DNA of 64,000 nucleotides, from NCBI GenBank assembly GCA_050949525.1, contig JBMNFW010000001.1, forward strand, positions 65,078 through 129,077, read 5' to 3'. Both the position numbers and the translations under genes were made by a program. Positions 26,535 to 36,150 of the stretch are shown here, in pieces; the first letter of the stretch is position 1; each line of letters starts with the position of its first letter. This stretch comes from Patescibacteria group bacterium (GTDB lineage Bacteria; Patescibacteriota; Patescibacteriia; Patescibacteriales; UBA12465). The notes beneath the pieces were generated by a model that saw only the letters and a list, made by a program, of their open reading frames with translations, made no database searches and had not been told where the DNA came from.

Positions 26535-27812
26535 ATGCCAGAAATAAAACCAAGTATTGAGACTTCAGCTAAGATTAAAGTAGTGGGAGTTGGAGGAGGA
26601 GGAGGAAATGCTGTTAATCGTATGATTGAAGCTGGTATTCGTGGAGTAGAGTTTATTGCCATAAATACTGATATCCAAGCTTTACAGAATAATCGAGCTA
26701 GTTCTAAGTTAAATATTGGTAAAAATATTACTCGAGGATTGGGTGCAGGAATGGATCCCGATATTGGTCGTAAAGCCGCCGAAGAATCACAAAATGAAAT
26801 TCGAGAACTTTTAAAAGGAGCGGATATGGTTTTTATTGCTTGTGGTTTAGGGGGCGGGACTGGAACTGGGGCTTCTCCAGTTATTGCTGAGATTGCTCGC
26901 GATTTAGGAGCTTTAACTATTGCGGTGGTTACTAAACCTTTCTTTTTTGAAGGGGGCTTGAGGCAAAAAATAGCTGAGACAGGTTATCAAAATTTAGCTG
27001 ATAAAGTTGATACTATTATCACTGTTTCTAATGAAAAATTACTAGAAGTTATTGACAAGCGTACTACTTTTATCGATTCTTTTAAGATGGCGGATAATAT
27101 TTTACGTCAAGGAGTTCAAGGTATTTCGGAGATTATTACTGTTCCAGGAATAGTTAATGCAGATTTTGCTGATGTTAGAACTATTATGTCTGGAACTGGT
27201 ACCGCTTTAATGGGAGTTGGTCAAGCGTCTGGAGAAAATAAAGCTATTGAGGCGGTTAAATCAGCTATTAATTCGGCACTTTTAGAAACTTCCATCAACG
27301 GAGCTAAAGGTATAGTCTTTACTATTACTGGTGGTAGTGATTTAAGTATGGCTGATGTGAGTGATGCGGCTAAATTGATCAATTCTTTAGCTGATAAAGA
27401 GGCTAAAATAATTTTTGGGGCTGTTATTGATGAAAGCTTAGGTGATGAAATTAAGATTACTATAGTGGCGACTGGCTTTGATGATAAAAATCAAAAACCA
27501 GCTATCAAGAAAGAACCAGAAAAGAAGATTGATCAGGATTTTTTCTCTTTTCAAAAAAAGGATTATGATTTTTTAGAAGAGGATAAAGGTAAAAATTCAT
27601 TTACTAAAAAAGAAGAAGCAAATTCTAAAAAATCATTTTTTAATTTTAATGCTAAAAGTGTTTTTAATAAAGAGCGGATTGATAAGGGGGAAGAAGATGA
27701 TTTAGAGGCTCCGGCTTTTTTAAGAAATAAATTAAAAACCAAGAAAGTTGATGATGAAGAAAAAGATGATCTTGATGTCCCGGCTTTTTTAAGAAATAAG
27801 ATTAAGAAGTAG
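26535..27812 (+). CDS. ftsZ: Cell division protein FtsZ with duplicated C-terminal peptide
   Basis: GVGGGGGNAVNRM, GLGGGTGTG, NADFADV, ATGF; two PAFLR motifs. Confidence 0.98.
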   Translation: MPEIKPSIETSAKIKVVGVGGGGGNAVNRMIEAGIRGVEFIAINTDIQALQNNRASSKLNIGKNITRGLGAGMDPDIGRKAAEESQNEIRELLKGADMVFIACGLGGGTGTGASPVIAEIARDLGALTIAVVTKPFFFEGGLRQKIAETGYQNLADKVDTIITVSNEKLLEVIDKRTTFIDSFKMADNILRQGVQGISEIITVPGIVNADFADVRTIMSGTGTALMGVGQASGENKAIEAVKSAINSALLETSINGAKGIVFTITGGSDLSMADVSDAAKLINSLADKEAKIIFGAVIDESLGDEIKITIVATGFDDKNQKPAIKKEPEKKIDQDFFSFQKKDYDFLEEDKGKNSFTKKEEANSKKSFFNFNAKSVFNKERIDKGEEDDLEAPAFLRNKLKTKKVDDEEKDDLDVPAFLRNKIKK

Positions 27813-27832
27813 TAAAAAATAAAAGATAATAC

Positions 27833-27863
27833 ATAAAAACCTCGATTGTTCGAGGTTTTTTAT
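27833..27863. terminator. Bidirectional intrinsic terminator
   Basis: AAAAACCTCGA-ttgt-TCGAGGTTTTTT between convergent ftsZ and fic. Confidence 0.85.
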
Positions 27864-28946
27864 TTAATAATTCAATGTTTGTATATATCTTGTGCCTCGA
27901 CCACGACCAATTCGCTTCACTTTATCAAGTTCAAGTAAACGATTAAGTGCTTGACGCACAGTTCCTAGAGCAATACCAGTTGCTTTAACAATTTCACTAG
28001 GCCCTACTCCCTTGTTAGTACTTATTAAATATTGCCAAACTTCATATTGTTTTGGTGAAAGAACATCTTCAGCTTCTTCTTTATTTAAATATGATAAAGC
28101 TCTTGTAGCTTGTTCTTTGATAATGGATAAAAAGAAAATAAGCCAAGATAAAATATTATCTTGTTTAGTTTGAAATGTTTCTTGTGATTGACGTAAAGCA
28201 ATATAATATTCATCTTTACGTTGCTCAATTAATTGTTCGTGTGAAACATATTGAGTAAATTGATAACCTGATTTTAATAATAAAAGATTAGTTAGGATAC
28301 GTGATAAGCGACCATTACCATCTTCAAAGGGGTGAATTTTTAAAAATTCAATTATAAAATTAGCAATAATTAAAAGATGATGAAAACGATTTTTTTCAAA
28401 AGCGTTATTAGTCCATTCAACTAATTCTTGCATTTCTTTGCCGGTGAGAAAAGCTGGAGTAGTCTTAAACATTATTTTAACAATTTTCCCATCTGGACCG
28501 AGAACGCCAACAGTATTTTCTTTCTTTTTATACGCACCACGATGTGTATCATCTTTAGTGGAATATTTAAGAAGTTGATTATGAAGTGAAGTAATTAAAC
28601 TTTCTTTAAGAGTTAAGTTTTGATGATTATTAAAAATATTTTGTAAAACTTCTAAATAGCCTTGAACTTCTTGAAAATCACGATTGGCAAATTTAGAAAT
28701 AGTTAGACCACGCATGATTTTTTCAATTTCCTTGTCACTTAGTTTTGAACCCTCAATACGAGTAGAGGCACCAGTAGAAGTAATTAAGGTAGATTTTTTA
28801 AGATTGGTAACAGCTTGTGGAGTCATTTTAAAACTAGCTTTAAATTCACCTTTAATTTCATCAATTTCAGCTAAGGTATTAACAATCTGAGGATTAATGT
28901 ATTGTAAGCGGTGATCAAATTTATTTAAAATTTTATTTTTTGACAT
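27864..28946 (-). CDS. Fic family protein with N-terminal inhibitory motif and C-terminal winged HTH
   Basis: HPFEDGNGRLSR catalytic motif; ASTRIEG (S/TxxxEG); C-terminal VGPSEIVKATGIALGTVRQALNRL..GRGRGTRY. Confidence 0.92.
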   Translation of the reverse strand: MSKNKILNKFDHRLQYINPQIVNTLAEIDEIKGEFKASFKMTPQAVTNLKKSTLITSTGASTRIEGSKLSDKEIEKIMRGLTISKFANRDFQEVQGYLEVLQNIFNNHQNLTLKESLITSLHNQLLKYSTKDDTHRGAYKKKENTVGVLGPDGKIVKIMFKTTPAFLTGKEMQELVEWTNNAFEKNRFHHLLIIANFIIEFLKIHPFEDGNGRLSRILTNLLLLKSGYQFTQYVSHEQLIEQRKDEYYIALRQSQETFQTKQDNILSWLIFFLSIIKEQATRALSYLNKEEAEDVLSPKQYEVWQYLISTNKGVGPSEIVKATGIALGTVRQALNRLLELDKVKRIGRGRGTRYIQTLNY

Positions 28947-28966
28947 AAGTTTATGATTATAATCTC

Positions 28967-28994
28967 TATAGCGGATTATAGCGGATTATAGCGG
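28967..28994 (-). repeat. 10-bp tandem repeat, 2.8 copies, overlapping the fic promoter
   Basis: TATAGCGGAT TATAGCGGAT TATAGCGG on the + strand. Confidence 0.9.
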
Positions 28995-29003
28995 TAAATG
29001 CAA
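28975..29003 (-). promoter_or_regulatory. sigma70-type promoter for fic
   Basis: Minus strand TTGCAT-17-TATAAT. Confidence 0.6.
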
Positions 29004-29096
29004 ATTTAATTTTATAATTATTAATTCAGAGTAGATTTATTTAATAATTAATTATAATATAAATTGTTTAACCATGACATTTCTACTTTGCTAATT

Positions 29097-29123
29097 TTAG
29101 CACTCTTGACATCGGACTGCTAA
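29097..29123 (+). promoter_or_regulatory. CIRCE (HrcA operator)
   Basis: TTAGCACTC-N9-GACTGCTAA, one mismatch to consensus, directly upstream of hrcA. Confidence 0.93.
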
Positions 29124-29134
29124 TTTTATATAAT
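29106..29134 (+). promoter_or_regulatory. Consensus sigma70 promoter of the hrcA-dnaK operon
   Basis: TTGACA (29106-29111), 17-bp spacer, TATAAT (29129-29134); -35 lies inside the CIRCE spacer. Confidence 0.85.
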
Positions 29135-29140
29135 CAAAAT

Positions 29141-29830
29141 ATGAAGATGAGTCCCCGACAAAATTTAATATTATTAACCTTAGTTCAGGAGTATATTAAA
29201 ACGGCTAAAGCTATTAGCTCTGGTTCTTTGGTTAAAAAATATAAATTAGGAATTTCTTCAGCTACCGCTCGAAATGAGTTAGCTGAATTAGAAAGTCAGG
29301 GATACATTTTCCAGCCACACACTTCAGCTGGACGTATTCCAACCGAGAAAGCTTATCAATACTACGTTGATGAAAAATTATTAAAGGAAAAGATTATCGG
29401 GCCTAATTTAAAAGATTTATCTCAAATTTTTGGTAATAATGAGGAGGATTTAAAGAAGGTAGCACGGGCGATAGCTGATTTTTCTAATAATGCTGTTTTC
29501 TGGGCCTTTCATAAAAATAATTTATATTACACTGGAATATCTAATCTTTTTACTCAGCCCGAGTTTCAACAAGGCGAAGTAATAATTGATGTTTCGTTAA
29601 TTATTGATCAGATGGAAGATATTATTGCTGATATTTTTGATCAAGTTAAAAATGGTATTAGCATTGAGATTGGTAATAAAAATCCTTTTGGTTCTTTTCT
29701 TAGTGTAGTTTTTTTAAAGTACGTTTCTCAGGGACAGATGGGAATAGTTGGTATTTTAGGACCTTTACGAATGGATTATCAAAAGAATTTAAGTTTAGTT
29801 CATTTTTTAAAAGAAAAATTAAATAATTAA
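29141..29830 (+). CDS. hrcA: Heat-inducible transcription repressor HrcA, short form
   Basis: SSATARNELAELE..QPHTSAGRIPT, GILGPLRMDY; CIRCE upstream. Confidence 0.93.
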   Translation: MKMSPRQNLILLTLVQEYIKTAKAISSGSLVKKYKLGISSATARNELAELESQGYIFQPHTSAGRIPTEKAYQYYVDEKLLKEKIIGPNLKDLSQIFGNNEEDLKKVARAIADFSNNAVFWAFHKNNLYYTGISNLFTQPEFQQGEVIIDVSLIIDQMEDIIADIFDQVKNGISIEIGNKNPFGSFLSVVFLKYVSQGQMGIVGILGPLRMDYQKNLSLVHFLKEKLNN

Positions 29831-29836
29831 TATTTT

Positions 29837-30331
29837 ATGTCAAAAGAAAAAGAAGAAAAAAAAGAAGATTTATTAAAAAAATTAGAAGAAGAAAAAAATG
29901 AATTAGATTTAGCTCATAAAAGAGCTTTAGCTGATTATCAAAATTTATTAAAAACTAGTAATAAAGAAAAAGTTGAATTTTTTAAATATGCTTTAGCTGA
30001 TTTTTTTCTAGAATTTTTACCAATTTTTGATAATTTAAAAATGGCTATTAGTACTTTAAGTCCAGAAGAAGAAAAAAGTTCTTGGGTTGTTGGTTTACGA
30101 CATGTTATTAAACAATTTCAGGATCTTTTTTCGGCTCAAGGAGTTGAAGCTATTAAAACTGTTGGTGAGCCCTTTGATTATCATACTATGGAAGCAGTTG
30201 AAGGTGATGGAGAGATAGTTAAAGAAGAAATGCGACCCGGTTATACTCTTAAAGGTAAGGTTATTATTCCAGCGAAAGTGATTCTTTTTTCTCAAAATGA
30301 ATCTGAAGAAAAAAAGTTAAAAGAAAAATAA
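29837..30331 (+). CDS. grpE: Nucleotide exchange factor GrpE
   Basis: RALADYQN, LPIFDNL, GEPFD, RPGYTLKGKVIIPAKV. Confidence 0.93.
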   Translation: MSKEKEEKKEDLLKKLEEEKNELDLAHKRALADYQNLLKTSNKEKVEFFKYALADFFLEFLPIFDNLKMAISTLSPEEEKSSWVVGLRHVIKQFQDLFSAQGVEAIKTVGEPFDYHTMEAVEGDGEIVKEEMRPGYTLKGKVIIPAKVILFSQNESEEKKLKEK

Positions 30332-30390
30332 TTTATTCTTCTTTTCTACATCCATAATTAAATTATTTTGTAGAAAAGATTATTAAACAT

Positions 30391-30822
30391 ATGTCATTAA
30401 TTAAATGGAGTCCTTTTTTAAGCGACAATTACTTTGATGATATGGATAAAATGATTTCTGAATTTATGTCCATAAGTCGAGGTAATAAAGGATTTATGCC
30501 GGCTGTTGATATGTATGAGGACAATGATAATGTAGTTGTTGAAACTCAATTAGCAGGTATTGATCTAGAAAAAATTGATATTTCTATTGAGAATGATGTT
30601 TTATGTATTAAAGGTGAAGGTGAAAAAAAGACTGAGGTTGAAGAAAAAAATTATTATCGTAAAGAAATTCGACGAGGTAATTTTTACCGATCTATTCCTT
30701 TACCAACCCGAGTTGATGGTGATAAAGCGTCAGCGGTAGCTGAGGATGGTATTTTAAAAATATATATCCCTAAAGCTTCTGAAGCTAAACCTAAATCTAT
30801 TAAAATTAAAACTAAGAAATAG
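30391..30822 (+). CDS. Hsp20/alpha-crystallin small heat shock protein
   Basis: PAVDMYED, EIRRGNFYRSIPLP, EDGILKIYIPK. Confidence 0.93.
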   Translation: MSLIKWSPFLSDNYFDDMDKMISEFMSISRGNKGFMPAVDMYEDNDNVVVETQLAGIDLEKIDISIENDVLCIKGEGEKKTEVEEKNYYRKEIRRGNFYRSIPLPTRVDGDKASAVAEDGILKIYIPKASEAKPKSIKIKTKK

Positions 30823-30928
30823 TGTTTCTTTTCGGCTCCCTGTTAGGGGGTCGAGGAATAAACATTAATATATAATAAAATTAGGTTTTGTAATATTGTA
30901 AGATTTATAAAACTAAATATTAAACATT

Positions 30929-32815
30929 ATGGCAAAAATATTAGGTATTGATTTAGGAACTACTAATTCGGCTATGGCTATTATTGAAGGTGGTCAACCG
31001 AAGATTTTAGAAAATGCGGAAGGTAATCGCACCACCCCATCAGTTTTAGCTATCTCTAAGAGTGGCGAAAGATTAGCTGGACAATCAGCTAAAAGACAGG
31101 CGGTAACTAATCCCAAAAATACAGTTCATTCCGTTAAAAGATTGATTGGGCGAAAGTTTGAAGATGCAGAGGTGCAAAAAGATTTGGAAATGGTTCCTTA
31201 TGAGATTATTAAGGCTGGTGAGGGAGTTAAAGTTAAAATGAGTGATAAGGACTATACTCCACAAGAGGTTTCAGCTATGATTTTATCTAAACTTAAAAGT
31301 GATGCTGAAGCTAAAATTGGTGAAAAAATTAGTGAAGTGGTAATTACCGTTCCAGCTTATTTTAATGATGCTCAAAGACAAGCTACTAAAGACGCTGGAA
31401 AAATAGCTGGATTAGAAGTTAAGCGTATTATTAATGAGCCAACCGCGGCGGCTTTAGCTTATGGTTTTGATAAGCGAACCGGAGAGCAAGCAGTAGTTTA
31501 TGACTTAGGTGGTGGAACTTTTGATGTTTCCGTGTTGGATATTTCAGCTGATACAGTTGAGGTTAAGGCTACTAATGGTAATACTCATTTAGGTGGAGAA
31601 GACTTTGATCAAAGAATTATTGATTGGATTATTGCTGAGTTTAAAAAGGATCAAGGTATTGATTTATCTAAAGATCCTTTAGCTTTACAACGAATTAAAG
31701 AATCAGCTGAGAAGGCTAAAATTGAGCTTTCTACCACTATGGAAACTGAAATTAATCAACCTTTCATCACTACTGATGCTGATGGACCTAAGCATTTAGT
31801 TATGAAAATGAGTCGAGCTAAATTAGAAGAATTAATTGAAGATTTAGTTGACAAGACTTTAGAGCCTTGTCAAAAAGCTTTAGATGATGCTGGTATGAAA
31901 GTTGAAGATTTGGAAGAAGTTATTTTAGTAGGAGGAATGAGTCGAATGCCTTTAGTACAAAGGAAGGTCAAAGAATTTTTTAAGAGAGAACCTAATTTAA
32001 GCGTTAATCCGGATGAGGTAGTAGCTATTGGGGCAGCTGTTCAAGCTGGTGTTTTACAGGGTGATGTTAAAGATGTTTTACTCTTAGATGTTACTCCTTT
32101 AACTTTAGGTATTGAAACTTTAGGTGGTGTTGCCACTCCTTTAATTGAACGTAATACTACTGTTCCGACTTCTAAATCACAAATATTCTCTACGGCTGTT
32201 GATAATCAACCTAGTGTGGAAATTCATATTGTTCAAGGTGAAAGACCTTTAGCAGCTGATAATAAAACTTTGGGGCGCTTTATCTTAGATGGTTTACCAC
32301 CAGCTCCTCGAGGAGTTCCTCAAATTGAAGTTACTTTTGATATTGATGCTAATGGAATTTTGAATGTTATTGCTAAAGATAAGGCTACAAATAAAGAACA
32401 AAAAATTACTATTACCGCTTCTTCTGGTCTTAGTCAGGAAGAAATTGAAAGAATGCAGAAGGAGGCTGAATTACATGCTGAGGAAGATAAGAAAAAGAGA
32501 GAAAATATTGAGATTAAAAATCAGGCTGAAGCGGCGGTCTTTACTACGGAAAAATTATTAAAAGAATCAGGTGATAAAATGAGCGAAGAGGATAAGAAAA
32601 GTTTAGAAGAAAAAATGGAAGACTTAAAGAAAGTTAAGGATAGTGAAGATTATGAAGAGATGAAATCAAAAATGGAAGCTTTAAATGAAGTAGCTCAGAA
32701 AATTGGTGCTGCCATGTATCAAGCTCAATCTCAAACTAGCGCCACAGAAGAAAAAAATGAAGAAAAAAAAGATGATGATAATGTTGTTGAAGGTGAAGTT
32801 GAGGAGAGTAAATAA
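30929..32815 (+). CDS. dnaK: Chaperone DnaK
   Basis: [38 protein letters not shown]. Confidence 0.98.
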   Translation: MAKILGIDLGTTNSAMAIIEGGQPKILENAEGNRTTPSVLAISKSGERLAGQSAKRQAVTNPKNTVHSVKRLIGRKFEDAEVQKDLEMVPYEIIKAGEGVKVKMSDKDYTPQEVSAMILSKLKSDAEAKIGEKISEVVITVPAYFNDAQRQATKDAGKIAGLEVKRIINEPTAAALAYGFDKRTGEQAVVYDLGGGTFDVSVLDISADTVEVKATNGNTHLGGEDFDQRIIDWIIAEFKKDQGIDLSKDPLALQRIKESAEKAKIELSTTMETEINQPFITTDADGPKHLVMKMSRAKLEELIEDLVDKTLEPCQKALDDAGMKVEDLEEVILVGGMSRMPLVQRKVKEFFKREPNLSVNPDEVVAIGAAVQAGVLQGDVKDVLLLDVTPLTLGIETLGGVATPLIERNTTVPTSKSQIFSTAVDNQPSVEIHIVQGERPLAADNKTLGRFILDGLPPAPRGVPQIEVTFDIDANGILNVIAKDKATNKEQKITITASSGLSQEEIERMQKEAELHAEEDKKKRENIEIKNQAEAAVFTTEKLLKESGDKMSEEDKKSLEEKMEDLKKVKDSEDYEEMKSKMEALNEVAQKIGAAMYQAQSQTSATEEKNEEKKDDDNVVEGEVEESK

Positions 32816-32822
32816 ATAATTT

Positions 32823-33887
32823 ATGGCTGGAAAAGACTACTACGCGATCTTAGGTGTTTCCAAAACAGCTAAGCCAGATGAAATTAAAGCTGCCTTTAGA
32901 AAATTAGCTCATAAACACCACCCTGATAAGGGTGGTGATGAGGCTAAGTTTAAGGAAATTAATGAAGCTTATCAAGTTTTAAGTAATGAAGATAAGCGAA
33001 GGCAGTATGATCAATTTGGCTCCGGTTTTGAAAATATGGCCGGAGGTGGTTTTGATTTTGGTGGTGGTTTTTCTGGAGCTAATGTTAATTTTGAAGATCT
33101 GGGTGATTTGTTTGGTGGTTTAGGGGATATGTTTGGTTTTTCTTCTACATCCTCCTCTCGTCGATCTAATCGTGGTGAAAGTATAGAAGCTATTCTTTCG
33201 CTTGATTTTAAAGAAGCTGTTTTTGGTGTTGAAAAAGAAATTTTAGTTGATAAAAATATTGCTTGTCAAAAATGTAACGGTAGTGGAGCTGAACCGGGAG
33301 CCAAGATTGAACAGTGTAAAACTTGCAAAGGACGGGGGCGAGTTTTTAAGGTTCAGCGAACTATTTTTGGGGCTATGCAATCGGAAGTAATTTGTTCTGA
33401 TTGTCATGGAGAGGGGCAAACTTATTCTAAAAAATGTTCTCAATGTCAGGGACAAGGATTTTATGCTGGTCAGGAAAAAATGAAAGTAAAAATTCCCGCT
33501 GGTATTAATGAAGGCGAAGCTATTCGTTTAGCGGGTAAAGGACATTATGCTTCTAAAAAATACCCAGCTGGAGATTTAATTTTAAGAATTAAGATAAGTC
33601 CTAGTTCCGATTTTAGGCGACAGGGCCATGATATATATAGTAATTTAAAGATTAATGTTAAACAGGCTATTTTAGGTGATAAAGTTAAGGTTTTAACAGT
33701 TCATGGAGAAGTTATACTTAAAATTCCTGAAGGGACTCAGTCAGGCACCACTTTTAAAATTAAGGGTAAGGGAGTGCCAAAACTTCGAGGTTTAGGACAG
33801 GGTGATCATTTAGTGGAAGTAGAGGTTTTGATTCCTAAAGGACTATCTAAAAAAGATAAAAAACTTTTAGAAGAAATAGATTTATAA
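32823..33887 (+). CDS. dnaJ: Chaperone DnaJ
   Basis: J-domain HPD, G/F region, four CxxCxGxG repeats. Confidence 0.97.
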   Translation: MAGKDYYAILGVSKTAKPDEIKAAFRKLAHKHHPDKGGDEAKFKEINEAYQVLSNEDKRRQYDQFGSGFENMAGGGFDFGGGFSGANVNFEDLGDLFGGLGDMFGFSSTSSSRRSNRGESIEAILSLDFKEAVFGVEKEILVDKNIACQKCNGSGAEPGAKIEQCKTCKGRGRVFKVQRTIFGAMQSEVICSDCHGEGQTYSKKCSQCQGQGFYAGQEKMKVKIPAGINEGEAIRLAGKGHYASKKYPAGDLILRIKISPSSDFRRQGHDIYSNLKINVKQAILGDKVKVLTVHGEVILKIPEGTQSGTTFKIKGKGVPKLRGLGQGDHLVEVEVLIPKGLSKKDKKLLEEIDL

Positions 33888-33888
33888 T

Positions 33889-34659
33889 ATGTTTTTTGAT
33901 ACACACTGTCATTTAAATTTTTCTGATTATGATTCTGATTATCAAGAAGTTATAACCCGAGCTTTGGAGGCTGGGGTTTTTATGATTTTAGTGGGTTCTG
34001 ATTTTTCCAGTTCAGAACGAGGGGTTCATTTAGCTCAAAATTTTCCCAAGGGAGTTTATGCTTCTATTGGACTTCATCCTAATGGAGTTTTAGAAGAAGA
34101 TTTTTCTGAGGATAAGTTTCAAGCTATTATTGATAATAATGATCGAGTAGTGGCTATTGGTGAGACTGGATTGGATTATTATCGTTCTGATTTAGCTAAA
34201 TCTAAACAGCAAGAAGTTTTTTATCAGCACCTAAATTTAGCTTATAAAAATAATTTACCAGTTATTATTCATTGTCGTGAAGCTCATAATGATCTCTATG
34301 ATATTTTAAAAAAGTTTAAAGAAGAAAAGAATCCGCTTAATGACTGGGGAGTTATCCATTGTTTTTCAGGAAATTATCAAGAGGCTCAGAATTATATTGA
34401 TTTAGGTTTGAAAATATCTTTTACTGGTTTAATTACTTTTGCGTCTAATTGGGATAAACTTATTAAAAAAATATCCTTAGAACATTTAATGATAGAAACT
34501 GATTCTCCTTATTTATCTCCATTACCCTATCGGGGTCAAAGAAATGAACCTTTGAGAGTGATTGAAGTGGCTAAGAAAATAGCTGAGTTAAAATCTTTAG
34601 ATTTGAAGCTAGTAGCAGATGTTTTATGGAGAAATTCGTTTAAATTTTTCAAAATCTAG
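33889..34659 (+). CDS. tatD: TatD family hydrolase
   Basis: DTHCH, IGETGLDY, IHCR, IHCFSG, ETDSPYL. Confidence 0.93.
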   Translation: MFFDTHCHLNFSDYDSDYQEVITRALEAGVFMILVGSDFSSSERGVHLAQNFPKGVYASIGLHPNGVLEEDFSEDKFQAIIDNNDRVVAIGETGLDYYRSDLAKSKQQEVFYQHLNLAYKNNLPVIIHCREAHNDLYDILKKFKEEKNPLNDWGVIHCFSGNYQEAQNYIDLGLKISFTGLITFASNWDKLIKKISLEHLMIETDSPYLSPLPYRGQRNEPLRVIEVAKKIAELKSLDLKLVADVLWRNSFKFFKI

Positions 34660-34675
34660 TCAAGCTTTTTGACCC

Positions 34676-34705
34676 TTGACTTTTATTTTTTTTTGGTAAT
34701 ATAAT
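34676..34705 (+). promoter_or_regulatory. sigma70-type promoter of the atp operon
   Basis: TTGACT-18-TATAAT. Confidence 0.55.
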
Positions 34706-34758
34706 TAAGGTGTTAATTTATTCAAAAATCATTTCGGTTTTTGAATCATTTTTTTATC

Positions 34759-35010
34759 ATGACCAAAGATAATAAAAAAGCACTAGCTTGGAAGCTAGTG
34801 ATTGATATTGCCCTTAATATTTCAGCTTGGATAATAATTCCAGTTTTAGTAGGACTCTTTCTAGGATCCTATTTAGATCGGAGATTTTTTACCGCTCCTC
34901 GTTATCTTTTAATAGTTTTGGGGATTTCTTTTGTCATTTCTATTTTTGGCTTAAGTAAATATGTTTCTAAGGAGGCCAAAAAAATGGAAGAAAAAAATAA
35001 AGTCGAATAA
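34759..35010 (+). CDS. AtpZ/AtpI-family protein
   Basis: Two TM helices, GLFLGSYLD..TAP motif, first gene of the atp operon; ATG at 34759 preferred over TTG 34741. Confidence 0.75.
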   Translation: MTKDNKKALAWKLVIDIALNISAWIIIPVLVGLFLGSYLDRRFFTAPRYLLIVLGISFVISIFGLSKYVSKEAKKMEEKNKVE

Positions 35011-35018
35011 TAATTTTT

Positions 35019-35837
35019 ATGGAAGAACAAATTTTACACGAAGACACTTTATTTGCTGAGCCGATATTTAATATTGGAAATTTCTCAGTTACTAATTCTT
35101 TAATTAATTCTTGGATAGTTTTAATTGTCGTGTTAATTTTTGCTTTCTCTATTAGAAAAAAGATTAGACGAGTTCCTCGTGGAATGCAGAATCTTCTGGA
35201 AGTAATTATAGATTGGTTTTTAAATTTATCTGATCAGGTTACTGGTAGTCGAAAAGTTTCTTTAAAAGTTTTACCAATTGTTCTGTCTTTTTTCTTTTTT
35301 ATTTTATTAAATAACTGGTTAGGATTACTGCCTGGAATTGGGTCTATTGGAAAAATAGTTATGGAGGATGGGCAGAAAGTTTTTGTCCCCTTTTTTCGTG
35401 GGGCTACCGCTGATTTAAATACTACTTTGGCTTTAGCTTCAGTAGCCTTAGTTATTGTCCATATTTTTGGTACGGTTGCCCATGGTGCTTGGAATTATTT
35501 GAATAAGTTTGTTAATATTAGAATGTTAGTAGACATTCCAAAGAAAGTTTTTAAAGATCCAACTGTTTTATTAATTAATCCAGTTAAGATTTTTGTTGGT
35601 CTTTTAGAAATAATTGGAGAAATAGCTAAAGCAGCTAGTCTTTCTTTTCGTCTTTTTGGTAATATTTTTGCTGGTGAAGTTCTTTTATCCGCTATGTCAG
35701 CTATTTTTGCTTTTTTAGTCCCTCTACCTTTTATAGCTTTAGAGATTATGGTGGGATTAATTCAGGCTATGATTTTTTCAATTCTGATTTTGATATATAC
35801 ATCTGTCAGTATGGCGCCCGAGGAGGAAGAGGCATAA
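35019..35837 (+). CDS. atpB: ATP synthase Fo subunit a
   Basis: NWLGLLPG, TADLNTT, LSFRLFGNIFAGE, IQAMIF. Confidence 0.96.
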   Translation: MEEQILHEDTLFAEPIFNIGNFSVTNSLINSWIVLIVVLIFAFSIRKKIRRVPRGMQNLLEVIIDWFLNLSDQVTGSRKVSLKVLPIVLSFFFFILLNNWLGLLPGIGSIGKIVMEDGQKVFVPFFRGATADLNTTLALASVALVIVHIFGTVAHGAWNYLNKFVNIRMLVDIPKKVFKDPTVLLINPVKIFVGLLEIIGEIAKAASLSFRLFGNIFAGEVLLSAMSAIFAFLVPLPFIALEIMVGLIQAMIFSILILIYTSVSMAPEEEEA

Positions 35838-35868
35838 ATTATTTATTTAAAATATTAATTATTAATAA

Positions 35869-36090
<222 letters not shown>

Positions 36091-36102
36091 TAAGTTGACG
36101 AA

Positions 36103-36120
36103 CTGCTCCTTTAGGAGCAG
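36103..36120 (+). other. Intercistronic stem-loop after atpE
   Basis: CTGCTCCT-tt-AGGAGCAG with no U-tract. Confidence 0.65.
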
Positions 36121-36150
36121 CGGTTAGTTTATTATTTTGATTATTATTAT

